Shown here: one piece after another, positions 22,806-36,869 of the stretch
How positions within the stretch are numbered: position 1 is the first letter of the stretch
How the letters are laid out: each line of letters opens with the position of its first letter
NCBI GenBank assembly: GCA_951804945.1
Contig: OX638149.1
Location: forward strand, 118,358,001 to 118,422,000
DNA: 64,000 nt
Source: Podarcis cretensis
Taxonomy: Eukaryota
Direction of reading: 5' to 3'
The notes under the pieces: model-generated
Database searches by the model: none
What the model saw: only the letters and a program-made list of their open reading frames with translations
Told to the model about the DNA's origin: nothing
Translations under genes and position numbers: made by a program

Positions 22806-23055
22806 GCCATATTCTATCACCGTCCTACTGGATCATTTTGGCTATCACCGCCATGCTGGCAGAGGCATTGTGTATATTCGGTGTTATGAGCTTGTACACA
22901 GGAGCTCATGCGTTATGATGATATGTAGATGCTTCTCTTCCTTCTGTTCATCTGTTTGTTTCCAGTAACTCGCAGTCTACAACATAGTCATGCTCTCTCA
23001 GTACATTGGCTCGAAGGGCATATATATACAGTGTGTGTGTGTATGTATATATATA

Positions 23056-23087
<32 letters not shown>

Positions 23088-24717
23088 GCATAGACTTCAT
23101 CTGTAGCCTTGGGGAAGATACGTCGTGTTGGGAAGAGAGCTAGCTTGACACTATGTATGCTCCTTGAGTAAATCTACTTCGAGCGTAACTGTGTAGTAAA
23201 CCTCGAGTTGGGGGAACGGGGCATGATCCATTAAAAAAACGGAGCACGTTAAAACCCAACAGGGTTCAACGGCAGATATCTGAAATGCTTAGCTAGTGCG
23301 GAATCATGACTACATTTTCCTCCAGCCTTTGGTTTCACGTCCTTAGACGGTCGCTGGCATCTGCGTTTTGTGGGACCGAGCAGGATCCTTGTGGTACAGC
23401 TTCATCAAAGGCTTTTCCTAGCCCACCACCATCTTTAATAATGATCTACTGAAGCGGCATGATAGGATATCAATTCTGCTTAGGCAAAACAAAATAACCT
23501 CCGTGGCAATAACCTTTTATCTATGTACTCCAAGTATTTGTTTGAGGCCACTGAATATTAACAATATATTTTTTTTAAAAAAAAATCGATTGTCAGTTCA
23601 TGTGTATTAGTATCATGTGTATTAGTGCTCCTAGGGGGATGAACTGCCAGGATTCTCCCCCCACCCCACACACACACACACAAATACACGCTTCCTGCTC
23701 CATTTAAAATCCATCATCTACTGTTAAACCTCACGTGGAGAAGGAAAAGTAACAAATGTAGCCGAAACCATATTTTTAAAAAAACAAACACTCACCACAG
23801 TTACGTTTTTTCTTGTACTGTATTTTATCTGTAACACTTTTGATAGGATCTTCAGATTCCTTTGGAAAAAACGTGGAGATGTACCTGGAACAAAGGGGAA
23901 AACTCAGTGGACCCCCCCCCCGTCGCGTTTTTAACCAGGGGCATCATAAATAATGTATATATTAGGCAGAGCTAATACATGTATAATGCAATAGGACATG
24001 CTCCCAGATAGGTGCGCAGAGGGGCTGCAGTCCTCTTTGACTTTACGGTTTTAAGCGGGTTTCTTTTTCTTTGTTAAAAATGATGTCTAACTTTCTTTTT
24101 ATTGAAATATTATACCCAAAGTGCTGGAGCAACTTTCTGAGCTTGGGATATACTCTGTGTGCAAATCTACACAGAATCAGAGTCACACGCATCCATGCAC
24201 ACATACATGCTTTTCTCTCTCTCCCCCCCCCCCCTTAATATTTAACCATTTGGGGAAATAAGGAATTGCAGAAGCCCTGAACTCAAACTTTCAGAATCTT
24301 TTTCACACGCACACATGCACAGGGCTCCATAGCATCTCTATGTGCCCGGCTGAGAATGGAGAAGAAATACCTCCCCAAAAATTGTAGTTGTTGTGAGCAG
24401 GAACTTTACAAGCACCCACAAAAAGCGGGTTTGGTGTACTCCAGCGCCAGTACACCCCGCGCCCCAGAAAGCCATATGCATCAGGCGTATGAAGACAAGG
24501 AAAATAGGGTTGAAGGCAACAGCATTCTACTCCGAAGAATGGAAAGCTAGCAGGGAGACCCCCGCGCCATAACCCGAGGCTCATGCATTATGTATGGATG
24601 TAGTGAGCTTGGGTATGTCACAGGGAGAAAAACCCGGCCATCACACACCCCTTCCAGAATCTTAGCAGCCCTTCTGCACTTTTCACACGAGGGCTGCTCC
24701 ATGCAAGACGTAGCCAG

Positions 24718-24770
<53 letters not shown>
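24718..24770. repeat. (ATT)n microsatellite; similar tracts at about 30624-30659 and 55480-55527
   Basis: Direct observation. Confidence 0.95.
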
Positions 24771-24771
<1 letters not shown>

Positions 24772-26269
24772 TTGCTGATGCTAAGGAGTGATTTACCTAC
24801 CCTCCCTCCCCAGAAAACCAGCTCGCGCCATTAATTTGGGGCTACCGTTACCATTTCGCATCGGAAATCTGCCAACTAAGAACTTTGAAGAACATTAACA
24901 GAGCTAGTAGGTAGGGCAAGTGGGCAGGCGGTGGGGAATCCCTCCTCGATGAAGCCCGGCTCATTATAAAGAGAAATATCTAACAAGCATAAGCCTTTGA
25001 AATGACCTTTGGCTTGTATAGCAATAACTCACCACTTAATGAACAACCAGCGGAAGCCCCCTCCAAGAGCTGGCAAGGAATCGAGATTCCAACTTTTCTT
25101 CTCTTATCCCTCTCCAAGCCCAACTGGGAAGCAAAGCAGCCCCTTCCTTCCCTCTTTCCCCGAGCCACCTCTAATTTATGCCGACAAAGTGGAGTTTGTG
25201 GGGAAGTGGAGCTGGCTGGTCACACACGATGCTCTAACCAGATCTTTGGTCTTCCAAGGCCTGTGCCCAGCAAACGTCTTATATAATACATCCACGTGGG
25301 CGGACGTCAACTTTAAGTGGTTTTATTTATTTTTTTCGCCCTAACCCCTTTAAAAACGCAGTTCATTAGAAATAAGCAGTGCCTCTGTGCGTGTGTACAG
25401 TATAAGAAGAAAGCTTAAGTTGAAGGGGGAGTGTGGTCAGCATCAGAGAAGCCCCTGAGCTGAAGGATCATTATTTGCACATACAAAAAAAGGCAGACAT
25501 TGTTACCCGCTGTTGATTAACGTGGTAAGTTTTCATTTTGTGTCTAATTAATTATCGACTTCTGAATCCTTCTACAGCAGCAATAAGACAACGCAGAAAG
25601 ATGCTGATGGGAAACTCTCTCACTCTCTCTTTAACGAAAAAACAAAGAAAGAGTAAGCCAAAGCAAATGTTTAACATGCTAGTTTGGGGTTTGTTTTGAT
25701 GCGCAAACTGTCGCCCGAGTTTCCTGTTTTCTGCCGCAGCCTTGGGCGCCTCCTGAGCAGAAGCGGCTTCCAGAAACCGAGACCTCAAGCCTGAGCTCTC
25801 CCCCAAGGGCTGTCAGGGATTTGCTGAGACCCCAGGGCCGATCTCTGAGGATTCCCTAGCGCGCGCCCACTCCAAGATAGAGAGAGATGATTGAAATTTT
25901 AGGTGAAGTTCCAAGCAGGAGACTCCTCCGCCGCGTAAGGAAATGAAATGCCGCTTGTCGTAATTGGATTCAGCGGACTAACTTGTCAGGCCCGCAGCTT
26001 GGAGGCAAAAGGGACTCTAAAGGTGCGTGGAATGGGGTGGGGGTGGGGGTGGGGGTGGGAAAGTCGCTTGCTTCGAAACCTCTTCTGATAGAGACCAGCG
26101 CAGAACATTTACCAAAGTGCTGCTTTCTTCCCCTTTCCATTGTTTAGCGAAAATAATACGAATTAACACTATGTGTAGGATGTGCGGAGTGGTGGAAACT
26201 TGCGTGGGGGAACGACATAAAAATCATGTGTCTATTCATTCCTTTTCTACATGATCATACGATGAGCTG

Positions 26270-26860
26270 AAAGCTATGCATTACTTCCTAGGGAGCAAGT
26301 CCCACTGAACTTAGTTGGACTTAACCTCTAAGTGAACGTCCATTAAGACTGGACTGCATGAGCAGAACGCTGCACGCTTACCATGCAGCACGTTTTCATT
26401 GAAATCAGTTCGATTATTCCAAGTAAAAATGCTGTGGATTCAAGAATACCGGGATGCTATTCGCAGTGCTAGTTGTAAATTCCCACTGAAATCATCTAGA
26501 CTGAAATCCAAGTAAGACAGCGATCCTTTCATTACTTACCTGGGAGTGATCTGCATTGAGTTCAATGTGCAAGATTGCTCTCAAAGTGGATTTAAACCGG
26601 AGTGGCTTTTAAGGCCCCTGATTTTAAACAGGATCGAGTTTCTTTGGATGTAAAGAAACGGCGTAAAAGACAAATGAGCTACCTACCCACTCGATATTTT
26701 TAATAATGTGATCCCTGCTTGATGGCAATTGGCCGCAGTCCAGCACAGAGCTCAGTACACCTGTGTTGCAGTCCCAAAGGCACCTAGGGAGTAAGTCCCG
26801 TTGAATTCAGTGGGATTTACTTCCGAGTAAACAGGCGGCGCAGATGCGGCTGCACTGTTT
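26270..26860. repeat. Cluster of short (about 90 bp) foldback elements
   Basis: Repeated GGGAGTAAGTCCC.TTGAA..CAGTGGGA.TTACTTC.GAGTAA hairpin motif. Confidence 0.65.
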
Positions 26861-27691
26861 GTTACTATATGTGGGATTGGTTGCGCCTAACTCTGATGAG
26901 TTGTAGCTCTTATTTCTTTCGACTATGGGGTGGTTCATACACACAGGCAGATACACAGACCCTAGGAAACGCCGCTGTAGATGAAGCCATGAAAAATATT
27001 TCAGAAGTATGACAAAAAAGTGGTTCCCCCCCCCCACCCCCCAGCATTTTGCTTTTGTTTGTTTCTTGCGGGAGGGAACAATTCAGAGAAGGTGGCAGAT
27101 TCATTGTAAAACAAACGCGAAATATGAAGGGCGAGTCAACGTTTCCAGAAAGAGCCACCAGAAGCAATAGGCAGTGACACGATTTCCACTAGTTGTGTTT
27201 AGAATATTATATATATATATATATGCATGTGTATATACACACACACAGTGAATGAGAGAGGATTCCATTAAGTCTGACAGTCCGAGGCTAACAGAGCAGT
27301 CTAGAGCCATTGAAATATATAGGATGCTTGCCATAGGTCATGAATCCTAACCCAAACTGTTACTTTTTGGTTTCTTGTTTGAACACAAATATATGTCTTC
27401 CTTTGAAGTGCCTAATGGAAAATCCTCTTTCCCCCCACTTCCAGGTCACCCCAGCACTTGATGTCTTGGGTTGGGGAAATGCAACGCAGAAAAGCCCTAA
27501 GTTTACTACCACTACAGCCTCCACAACAACAAAACATATTATTACGTCTATACATGTATATATATAGTTCTATAGACTACTAGCACGTTCTATTTCATCT
27601 CCCATTACCTTGGTGGTGGGGAGTGGGGGGCGGGCAGAAAAAAAGGGGATCTGGGATTCAGGATTCCATCTTTGTTCAAGCTCATGCAGTC

Positions 27692-28172
27692 GCTTACCTG
27701 TATCCTAAAACTGTCCTCTTCGGTCAGAAATTGCGCGCTTTCAGCTTGGAAGATATATCCTTCCTCCTTTGTTCTGCAGACAATACACTCCTAAACCTGA
27801 TCTTGCGGGTCTGCTCGAGCATTTCCATAGACCAGTATTCCCGGTAGAATATATTTTTTTCAAGAGCAAGCCAAGATTGCAGCAGCTCCAATAAAAGAGG
27901 GCGAATGGATTCTGAGTTCGTTAGGTTTAATAATAATTTCGGAAATCCTTCACAATCAACCCCATGGAATAAAAAAATAAAGCCAGCTGGTCAAGCTTAT
28001 CGTTTTGCTTTGTTTGTAAATAACAAGCGATGAGGCCACATACGCATCATCTTTTCAATTATAGCGCTATATATATTATCTTTTTTAAAAAAAGAGCCGC
28101 CGAAGAAGCCTTCGGTAATAAGAAATACAGGCGCTGCCTTAAAATATAAGCATATTTGTTCACGTGATCCTG
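27692..28172 (-). promoter_or_regulatory. Candidate alternative HOXD3 promoter and first exon
   Basis: GGATCACGTGAACAAATATGCTTATATTTTAAGGCAGCGCC (E-box 28161-28166 plus AT-rich box) and donor ACAG|GTAAGC at 27698/27697. Confidence 0.5.
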
Positions 28173-30219
28173 AGAGAGGAGATGGTTCTGATTAAGGCTG
28201 GAACTTTCACTCGGGTTATCCTCTGTAAATCCTCCCCCATGTATCCTCGGTCTAGGGGGCTGCGGAGCTGGGGTGGGCTAACGCACAGGGCCAAAGGCAC
28301 CCACAAAACCTTCCTAGGTGGGGCGGGGAGCGAGTCGTAATAACCTGCTCTAGTCAAGGTGTCCATTCACCGTCCAAGTGCCCAGGGGCATCACACACAC
28401 AGCGTAGTTTTCAGAGCCCTCTTTAGAAATCCACATTGGCTTCATCACCTTAGCAAACTATTTCACAGAGTAGGTAGGGATGGTGATGAGGAGGAGCGGG
28501 CGTGGGGGGCGGCGGCGGCGGCGGGAGGGAGGGAGAGATTGGGGTTGAGGTTGGGGAGGGGGTTTGCAGACCTTGTCGGATATTCGCGGCAAGTTGAACC
28601 AACATCACAGCAAATTTGGCTCCAGGATCTCTATAGGGTTATAATAACCCGCGATCACAACGAATTGCGGGGGGGGGGGGCTCATGTTAATAGTAGGGGT
28701 GGGGCTTGTTCCCCATTGCTCCTCAAAATAATTTTTATAGTTTCATAATGAAGGAAGATGTGTGGGCTTGCCTTGCTTTGCTATTTCTGTAAAATCCACT
28801 GACGATAGAGGGTGGCTGTAACTCTGTCCTAGTTACCCTTCCATTGTATAGAATAATCTCGTTCTTTTCACCTTTCTTGTTGTTGTAGGGGACAAACAAA
28901 TTCGGCAAAGTTGGGTTTGGTCTACGATGAAGGTTGAAGATCAACCTTGTCTTCATGGCTTAATAGAGAGCTCCTGGTGTTGGGGAAGCATCTGATCTCT
29001 GTCCTACTCTGTCCTAACTCTCGCTTGTATTTACGTCTGTGTAGAAACCTTCTTCAGATACAACCATCTCGCGAGTTTGTCACACAAATAATGTCCGAAG
29101 CAAGTCAGATTATTGCGCAGCGTTGTTGTTGTTACTATGATGATGATGATGATGATGATTACTATTACAGCTCTTTTGTCTAGTGTCTCTAAAAGTAACT
29201 TGGAGCTATAAAAGCGCCCAACCTAATCTAGAATCTCCTAAGATTTCATTACCATCCAAAGCATGGGGAACTTGACAGTAATGTATTACCTTACAATACG
29301 CACCATAAGTGTGTGGTAGCATTTATCTAAATTACTCTGCTTTATCCTGACTTTGCAAACCAGTCTCTTTTTTTTAAACACAAACACACACACACCACAC
29401 ACACGGGGTGGGTGGGTGGGTGGTGGAAGAGGAGATAAATCGTAGTCCTGTTATCAAAGCTCAAGCAGAAACTCATATTCAAGAATCTGCTGTCACTTAA
29501 AACCTGCGGGCACAGGATCCAGCCGCGTTTTATGCATTTCTGGAGTCTGACTACATGCATGCTCACAGGGGAGTAAGCTCCTGAATGTGAGACATAATTC
29601 CAGGTAAATCCCAGGTACTCAGGATTGCATCCCATTGCCTCCGATGGTTCCAGTGGGAACGAAGCATATGAGCTGAATTGGGAGCCCTCTATATAGTTCC
29701 TGTCAGATGTCTCTTCGTCTAGCTGTAAAACCTGTCGGCGTCGGAAATAAAAGCTGGTTCCAAAAATAATTTAACCTAAGAAACGCATACTAACAAAATC
29801 AAGCAGAGATAAAAGGAATAAGGATGCTGAAGAAGAAGCGGGAGAAGCGACTTCTAAATATTTTCAGGGGGGTGGGGTAGGGTGGAGATCGCACCTTCCA
29901 GAAGGGCCACCTATAAATTATGCGGCTAAAACAAACAAGCAAGCAACAACCCTACGAAATTAAGGCTGAAAACGCTGCAAGCCAAGTGTGAAGCTCACCG
30001 AGAGGGCGGGAGGTGAGGGGGACTCCCAGTTTGGCCGAGATGTGCCTCCGTAAAGGATCTAAGGCTTTTTCAGTCCAAGCATATGTTCATAGAGCAATAA
30101 AATGGAAAGATTTACAGTCCTTGCTGGGCCTCCTTCTTTCTCTTTCTCCCCCTTCCACGTCGTACCACCCCTCCATCACACACACACAAACGCAGGCGAT
30201 CAGCATCGCACCCTTCCAG

Positions 30220-30315
30220 GAATTACTTACGATGATTTATAACAATAAACCCGGCAATTGTCAAACTGATAAAATATACTGGGCGATACGCAGGAATCAG
30301 CGTTATCATTAAAGG
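30220..30315. promoter_or_regulatory. Putative Hox/Pbx/Cdx enhancer between HOXD4 and HOXD3
   Basis: TGATTTAT, CAATAAA, TGTCAA (TALE-like) and TCATTAA within about 90 bp. Confidence 0.4.
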
Positions 30316-30622
30316 GCCTTTTCCGTTTAGGTTCCGTTTCTTTGCCTCTCTCCCTCTCTGTGTCTGTGTCTCTTGCTCTGTCTCTTGTGTAGTTTGGGAT
30401 TCTTTCTGGGACAAACCAGAAAGATATATATAAACTTTGCTCGTGTGTGTGTGCGCGCGCGCGTGGACAAATTCGGAAAGAGCAAATCTGGGTCACTATC
30501 CCAAACCAAAAGCATTTGTCATCTTTGAATAATTGAATTAATGTGTTATTGTTTGAATGTATAATTCATAACGCAGGAAACTCTGTCTTTGTCCTGACAC
30601 ATAGCGGAAGTAATAAAAATAT

Positions 30623-30659
<37 letters not shown>

Positions 30660-31391
30660 CACACAAGCTCTCCAAGTAACGCGTAAGAAAGACCACACCG
30701 CTTGCCAGAAACAAAACAAAGCATTTCCAAAGAGCCAAAGGCTTAGGAAGATAGCTCTTGGCTTTGTGATATACACACCCATATATGTATATGTGCCTAT
30801 GTATTTGCGTGTATAGTTCTATCTATGTGCACACACACAAATGCATAGACAGACACACGCACTGCAGTTCAAAATTCCCATTTGCTAAAGCGAGTCTTTT
30901 CCCCGCCACCCAAAACAAAACAAAACCCAGACTGGCTGGGTGTCTTCTACAAAATATTCAATGCCGACTCCAGTGGGACTGTCCCCATCTTCAGGTATCC
31001 CACCCCTCAATGGTTCCAGAACGCCATCCCTCCCCACAAATATAATGCCGAACGGAACATCTGAAATCACCCACGTCTTTGTGTGACGGCACCATAGTGT
31101 ATAGCCTAACCGGGTCGGGAGGGTGGCGGCGGTGGAGTGCCCTTAGAATTCATTATCTCTTGCTTAAAGTCTGCCTTGGGTAAAATTTCAACTCCGTTTT
31201 ATAGCCTTCTATTATGACGCAAAGGGAAAAAAAATTTACGACCCTCGCTTGAAAAGAAGATCAGGGCCTTTTCTCACCATTTAAGAATGGGGCAGCAGAT
31301 GCCCTGACAGCTATCATTGTTCCCAGTAAGATATAAACAACCAGTAAATCTTCACCCATTTCCCCACACAAGCAGCTTTTGGACAGACCTC

Positions 31392-31394
<3 letters not shown>

Positions 31395-31444
<50 letters not shown>

Positions 31445-31446
31445 CT
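31395..31446. repeat. (CT)n microsatellite
   Basis: Direct observation. Confidence 0.95.
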
Positions 31447-31676
31447 TTCTCTTCTGCTGTGGAACATAGAAAGATCATTTCCTTATTCAGTACCAGAATA
31501 TCTCATAATAAAGAGTAAACATTGGGGTGTCTCTCCCCCCCCCCCAATATGCCTACTACAGCTTCTGACTAGGGCAGAGTTGCAAATCAGGAGGAGAAGG
31601 GCCCCTATTTGTCAAACATTTGACAGCTAAGTTCATTAAGGATTTCGAAATATAAAAGGAAAGAAAGAAAATGTGT

Positions 31677-31920
31677 ACCTACCAAGCTCCGCTTTCTTTC
31701 TTTCTTTCTTTCTTTTATTATTGGTAATTTCCCCCCCTTCGGCTGTAGCCAAAGAGCTAGGTGTGCATAGAAAGAGCCTGCGCCCCTTTGTATATTATAT
31801 TCTTGGGATCTCTTCAGTTTTCAAGTCTGATAGAGTCCTTTGCTTGGCAGATTAATGACGACTCCGTGTTTCTTAAGGGACGCGCTGAATTAATTATTTC
31901 GCCCATCACGTGGTCAGGAC
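31677..31920 (-). promoter_or_regulatory. Candidate alternative HOXD3 promoter and first exon
   Basis: TGACCACGTGATGGGCGAAATAATTAATTC (E-box 31907-31912) and donor TTG|GTAGGT at 31683/31682. Confidence 0.55.
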
Positions 31921-32876
31921 TTGGAGAAAAATCTATTCTTATCATCTTCCTTGCACTTTGAGAGGCTGTCTGCTGTGACTCTTCCCTAGCAAAAGATGAT
32001 TTGGGTCTACATGGTTAGATTTAACCCTCTCCTCCTCCTCCACCTCCTCCACTACCACCATCTTCCTGACACACACACACACGCACGAAAGAAAATAAAA
32101 GAAATCGGGGGTGGGGGGAGCTTTGGCAAACATGGCCGATGGAAGCTACTTGAGGCGCTCCATTGAAAAGTCCCTGTTTACTATACTGTAGAGAGGATTT
32201 GTTCTGGATCCTGCCTCTCCCCCCCCCAGCCCCGCCCCGCTTCCGCACCATAAGGACTAGCGGCGAGGCAATATACAAACTGGAATTGATGGCAACGGGA
32301 GGAGCACAAGGCAGCTGAGAAGCCTTCAGCGTAAATTTGTGTCCTGAATCTTTACCACTCGTGGCTGTGGCGGTGCGCTGACAAACAAACACACAACAAT
32401 CCCTCATCAGTCTCTCCTGTCTAAAAGGGGGGGAAATCATACTTCGCTCCAATACATGGATGGGGGTTCCTTGTTTTCATTCTTCCAGGCTGGATGATTT
32501 GGTTTTGGATTCCAGTTTTGGCTGCTCTTCCAAGAGAAGACAAGTCAACATGTGTAAAAGGGGGAAGAAGGCGGGGGAGCGAGGGGGGAAACAAATCAAA
32601 ATATATCCGATAAAAATAGCGCCATCGACCTCCTAGACAGATAAATGCTTTATTGCTGTCAGGGGTGTTTATGTCGGAAGGAAGGAGGAGCCTTTCATGT
32701 TAGAAGTCTACAGGAACTTTCTGAGTGCTCAAGTCGTCTACAGATTGATTCCTAAGGAATATAAGATAATAGGTTCCTAGGAACAAAAAAAAGGGGAGGC
32801 CTGTTTCTATCTGCAGAGTGTGGACTTCAAGTTTGGGCGGTTATTCCTTCACAGAATGATTCTGATTCATATACAG

Positions 32877-33011
32877 CAGGCTTTCCCAAACTTGGGTCTC
32901 CAGCTGTTTTGGACTACAATTCCCATCATCCCAGACCACTGGTCCTGCTAGCTAGGGATGATGGGTGTTGTAGTCCAAAAGCAGCTGGAGACCCATGTTT
33001 GGGAAACCCTG
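32877..33011. mobile_element. Foldback hAT MITE, family C
   Basis: Near-perfect palindrome CAGGCTTTCCCAAA...TTTGGGAAACCCTG with GGACTACAATTCCCATCATCCC core; degenerate TSD atatacag/ctatatag. Confidence 0.82.
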
Positions 33012-33084
33012 CTATATAGCAATACCACCTATCACACAGAAACAAGTACGATGGGTCCAATTGACCTTACCTTCTATCAGTTAA

Positions 33085-33335
33085 CACAGCAACGATAATG
33101 TGGGATAAGGCTATCAGTGGCTACTAGTCAAGATGGCCATGGGCTATGTGCTATCATTGGTGTCAGAGCAGGTATGCCTCTGAATACTAGTTGCTGGGAA
33201 TCTCAAGTGGGGAGAGTGCTGATGCAACCAGGTCCTATCAGTGGGCTTCCCATAAGCCTCTGGTTGGTCACTGTGGGAACAGGATGCTGGACTAGGTGGG
33301 GCTTTGGTCTGATCAGCTATTATTGTGCTCTTAAG
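33085..33335 (+). mobile_element. CR1-type retroposon 3' end
   Basis: GGCTATCAGTGGCTACTAG...GGATGCTGGACTAGGTGGG; related to 14655-14830 and 51808-51985. Confidence 0.6.
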
Positions 33336-33629
33336 TACAACAGAAGGCAATTGATATCAATGTGTTGAAGGCCTCCATTTTTGATTGTGACTCCTGTGTT
33401 GCCAGCACATTATTAAGCCACATTAATTCTGGAACTACTCCATTCATCAACTGAGTGAGACTAATCCCAGCACCATTAAAACTGTTAAAACCACTAAAGC
33501 CAAGGTGAGTTCTGCCATACGTTTCAGCGACATGTAGGTTACATCTCAGTTTTGTGGATTCTTGTCTAAAGTTGCAGTCCAAAAAAAAAACCAGCTAGAG
33601 AATAAATTCCACTTATTAGTTAATTTTGC

Positions 33630-36380
33630 TAGAATTCTAATATCCAAATTCTGTGTGTGCTTACTCTCAAGCAAGTGAGTTCAGTGGTGTTCAATTAAAC
33701 ATATGTCCCAAGTAAGCAGGCATTGGATTTTCAGCTGGGGAAAAAACACCTATTAAAATCCATTACTTATAACACATCCACTACCAGTTACCTGGGAGTA
33801 TGTACAAATGAACCCAGTGGAACTTACCTCTAAAAAGATATCTACAGTATAGGATTGCATTTCTGGGAAGCAATTCACCTGAGAGCAGGGAAGGCAAACT
33901 TTTTAAGTCTGAGGGAGTGTGTTTGCATCTTTTGCCAATCAAATATGAGATGTGGTGTGTAGAGCAATGTACCATAATATTCAAAGCCATGAGCTCATCA
34001 GGAGGGCTTAGGGATACCATCGCCTTTCATCCTCAGGCTCCCATCTGTGACATTTAATAATGATATTGGGCTACCCTTACAGCTACTCGTGTGCCTTACA
34101 GTATATCCATACCAAGAATACAACCACCCACCCACTATACTCAGAAGTAAGGTAAGTGAGTATGGGTTTTCAGACTGAGACTTGATGCCCTAAAAATTGA
34201 CTAAAAGGCTTTAGCAATAATTGGGACTCTAATCTTCAATACACTGGACCAGATCCAAAGAGCTTAATTAATCTCACCTAGGTGCTTTGTTGAGCTGGAG
34301 GGAAATTGCTGTTTTTAAGTTGGGAGAGTTTGCATACAAACACACACACACAAAATGCTTTCAAAATCCCTATCAGCTTGTTATGAGATTGGAGGAGGGC
34401 CTGCTGTCTGAGAAAGGCCACCCAAGCTGCATATGCACTTAAGGAATTAGTTACAAGTTTTTTGGGATCATGGCGAAAACTTGGAAGTAAGGCCCACTGA
34501 AATAAGTAGGATACTGTCAAATATATATGATAATATTAAAGGCTTAGGAAAGAGAGTGAAAGGAGGCAAAGTCACAGCCTATTTTAACATGCTGTCACCT
34601 ATTATATATTTTTATTTCCCCCCTTCCTTTCTCCTATTTTTGTAAACCATCCTGGGAGCCTGGCTGAAAGGTGGGATAGAAATATGTAAAATAAATACAT
34701 TTAAATGTAAATGGCGGTTGCCACAGCTTTTGATACACATGCCCCCCCTCCCTATCCACAATTAATCAGCCATAATCTCCACTGAAAACAGTGAGGTTTC
34801 ATTCCAAATCTGACTGTGTCCCTAAATAAATTTATTTGGAAGCAACTGCAGCTGGGATTAGTGAAATTTACTTCTGAGTCAATATGCTTGGGCTGAACTA
34901 TAAAAGGCCCTATGCAAACTTACTTGAAAGCAAGCCTGTGGAACCCAGTGGGTTTAATATAAACATAATTGGGTTTCCAATGTAAGGCAGCAAGCCTTTG
35001 CACCCTTACTTGGAAATGAGCCCTATTGAAATCAGCGATACTTACTTCTCAATACAGGATAGGGTAAGATAGGTTCTTCCTGCATACTTCTTTAGCTACT
35101 GTTTGTAGAGTTCTACTGTACTATGAGATGGCAAACATGTCAAGGGAGGATATTAGAAGATAGCACGCCTCTCTTGGGTCGCTATCAATTCAAAGCTTTT
35201 TTTGATCGAGGTACAATAGAATACCAGTATTTATTTCGGTGTGTGCGTGTCAAACATGTATGCTTAAAAAGGACTTAGACGGAAAACCATTTGTATAAAT
35301 AGTTCTTTAATCAGAGGCAGCAAAAAAAATTGGCAAAGTCTAGAAAACATCTCAGGGTCACAACTGCCGTAGAGACAACGCAGCTTAATCACAGAGGTCA
35401 TGGTAATAATATACAACTTTGTGTCTCCAAGGGGAAAAGAAAATATTCCCCTACAATCTTCAGTGTGGTAGCAGGACGATCTCTGCATAGTTCAAAACAA
35501 GTACCATCATTATAAATACTTTCATCAACAGCTCCACTCACCCCCAGAAAAGTGAGAAGAGTTTGTAGGAAATGAATGGGATGGTAAGGTTGTGTGCGTC
35601 GTTTTCTTTTAAAATCATTTTTGGCCAAATGTTTACATCAAGCAGAAACCCTTTGATACTCTCCCACTTCCATCACTCTCTTTCAAGAGTGGACCAACAT
35701 CACTGCGACCAAGATTTAAGACTTCAAGAAGAAGAAGAAAGCTCAAAGGGGTTTTTTCCCCCCTAACACAACTTTAAGAGTTTGAACCAAACATTTGTCC
35801 AGAGGACATTTACATTACAAAAGGACTTTGGCCGAGTTCTGCCCCCACCCCTTTCTTCTTCACACGTTCTTCAGTTCACGTCATTTGGGTTGGGGATGGA
35901 TGAGCTACATTGTGAAGTCAAATTTGTCCTACTGACAGCCCCACTGGAAACATGTTTACTCGGAAGCAAGTTCCACTGGGTTTAATAGGGATTGTTTCCT
36001 TGCAAGCAGTGGAGCATTACTGCCTCTTCCCTTTTGCTAAACCAACCTTCAGCGGCAGCGTGGCCATATTTGCCATAGACTGAGCCCCATTGAAATCAGT
36101 TACACCTACTTCTGAGTAAATATACAAAGGATTCGCGAACGCAATCCTGAGCACGTTTAAGGAAGAAGTCCAGGCCAATAAAGTCAATGGACCAGAACTT
36201 CCCAGTGAAACGTGTTCAGGATGGAGAGACGCGCAGACACACAAAGGAAATCCATTTTCTCCTTCCCTCCCGTTTCTCAGATTATCCCCACCACCGCCAC
36301 CAACCTTACTTACTTTCTAGGATATTACTCTGCGCGGTTACTAGAGAATACCCCACTGAACGCAGGATTTACTTCCGAAT
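33630..36380. repeat. Dense cluster of the same short foldback family
   Basis: Copies at about 33650, 33780, 34480, 34830, 34910, 35000, 35940, 36080, 36140 and 36330. Confidence 0.6.
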
Positions 36381-36852
36381 CAACGTGCCCAGGGACCAGA
36401 CGTTTACTAAGCCCCGCAAAGCTCAGGCAGTCTTGCCTTGGGCTTTAGACTGCAAGGAAGCTAGGGTTGTTGACTGCTCTTTCCCAAACAACACGCTTCC
36501 ATGGGACAAAACGACTCAACACAGGCCATATGTAAACAACGGTTGGTTTCCCTGTTTTTAAATCAATCTAACCTAGAGCTTCTGTTGAGAGGAAGATTTC
36601 GAAAGGGACTTGATGAAATCTGAGCGCAGTGAAAATCTGGGGTTAGGGAGGATGCTTCCCCCCTTTAAAAAAAATGATTTTAGGGTTTAGATCTCCAAAT
36701 TTGAGGCTAGGTCTTGACAACAAGCCCTGTTTTTCTCTTGGTACTTTTTTCGGTGCCAGCAGAAAAGGAAGGGGAACTCCAGGTCCAAGAGGTTAAGGGT
36801 TCAGAGGTCATTCCTCCCGGCTGAAATACGGCGAATCGAAGGGGGGAAAACG

Positions 36853-36869
36853 TGTCCTCTGGATGAACC
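36853..36869 (-). promoter_or_regulatory. DR5 RARE, HOXD4 3' neural enhancer
   Basis: GGTTCA-tccag-AGGACA about 2.5 kb 3' of the HOXD4 stop; same form as known Hox4 3' RAREs. Confidence 0.88.
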
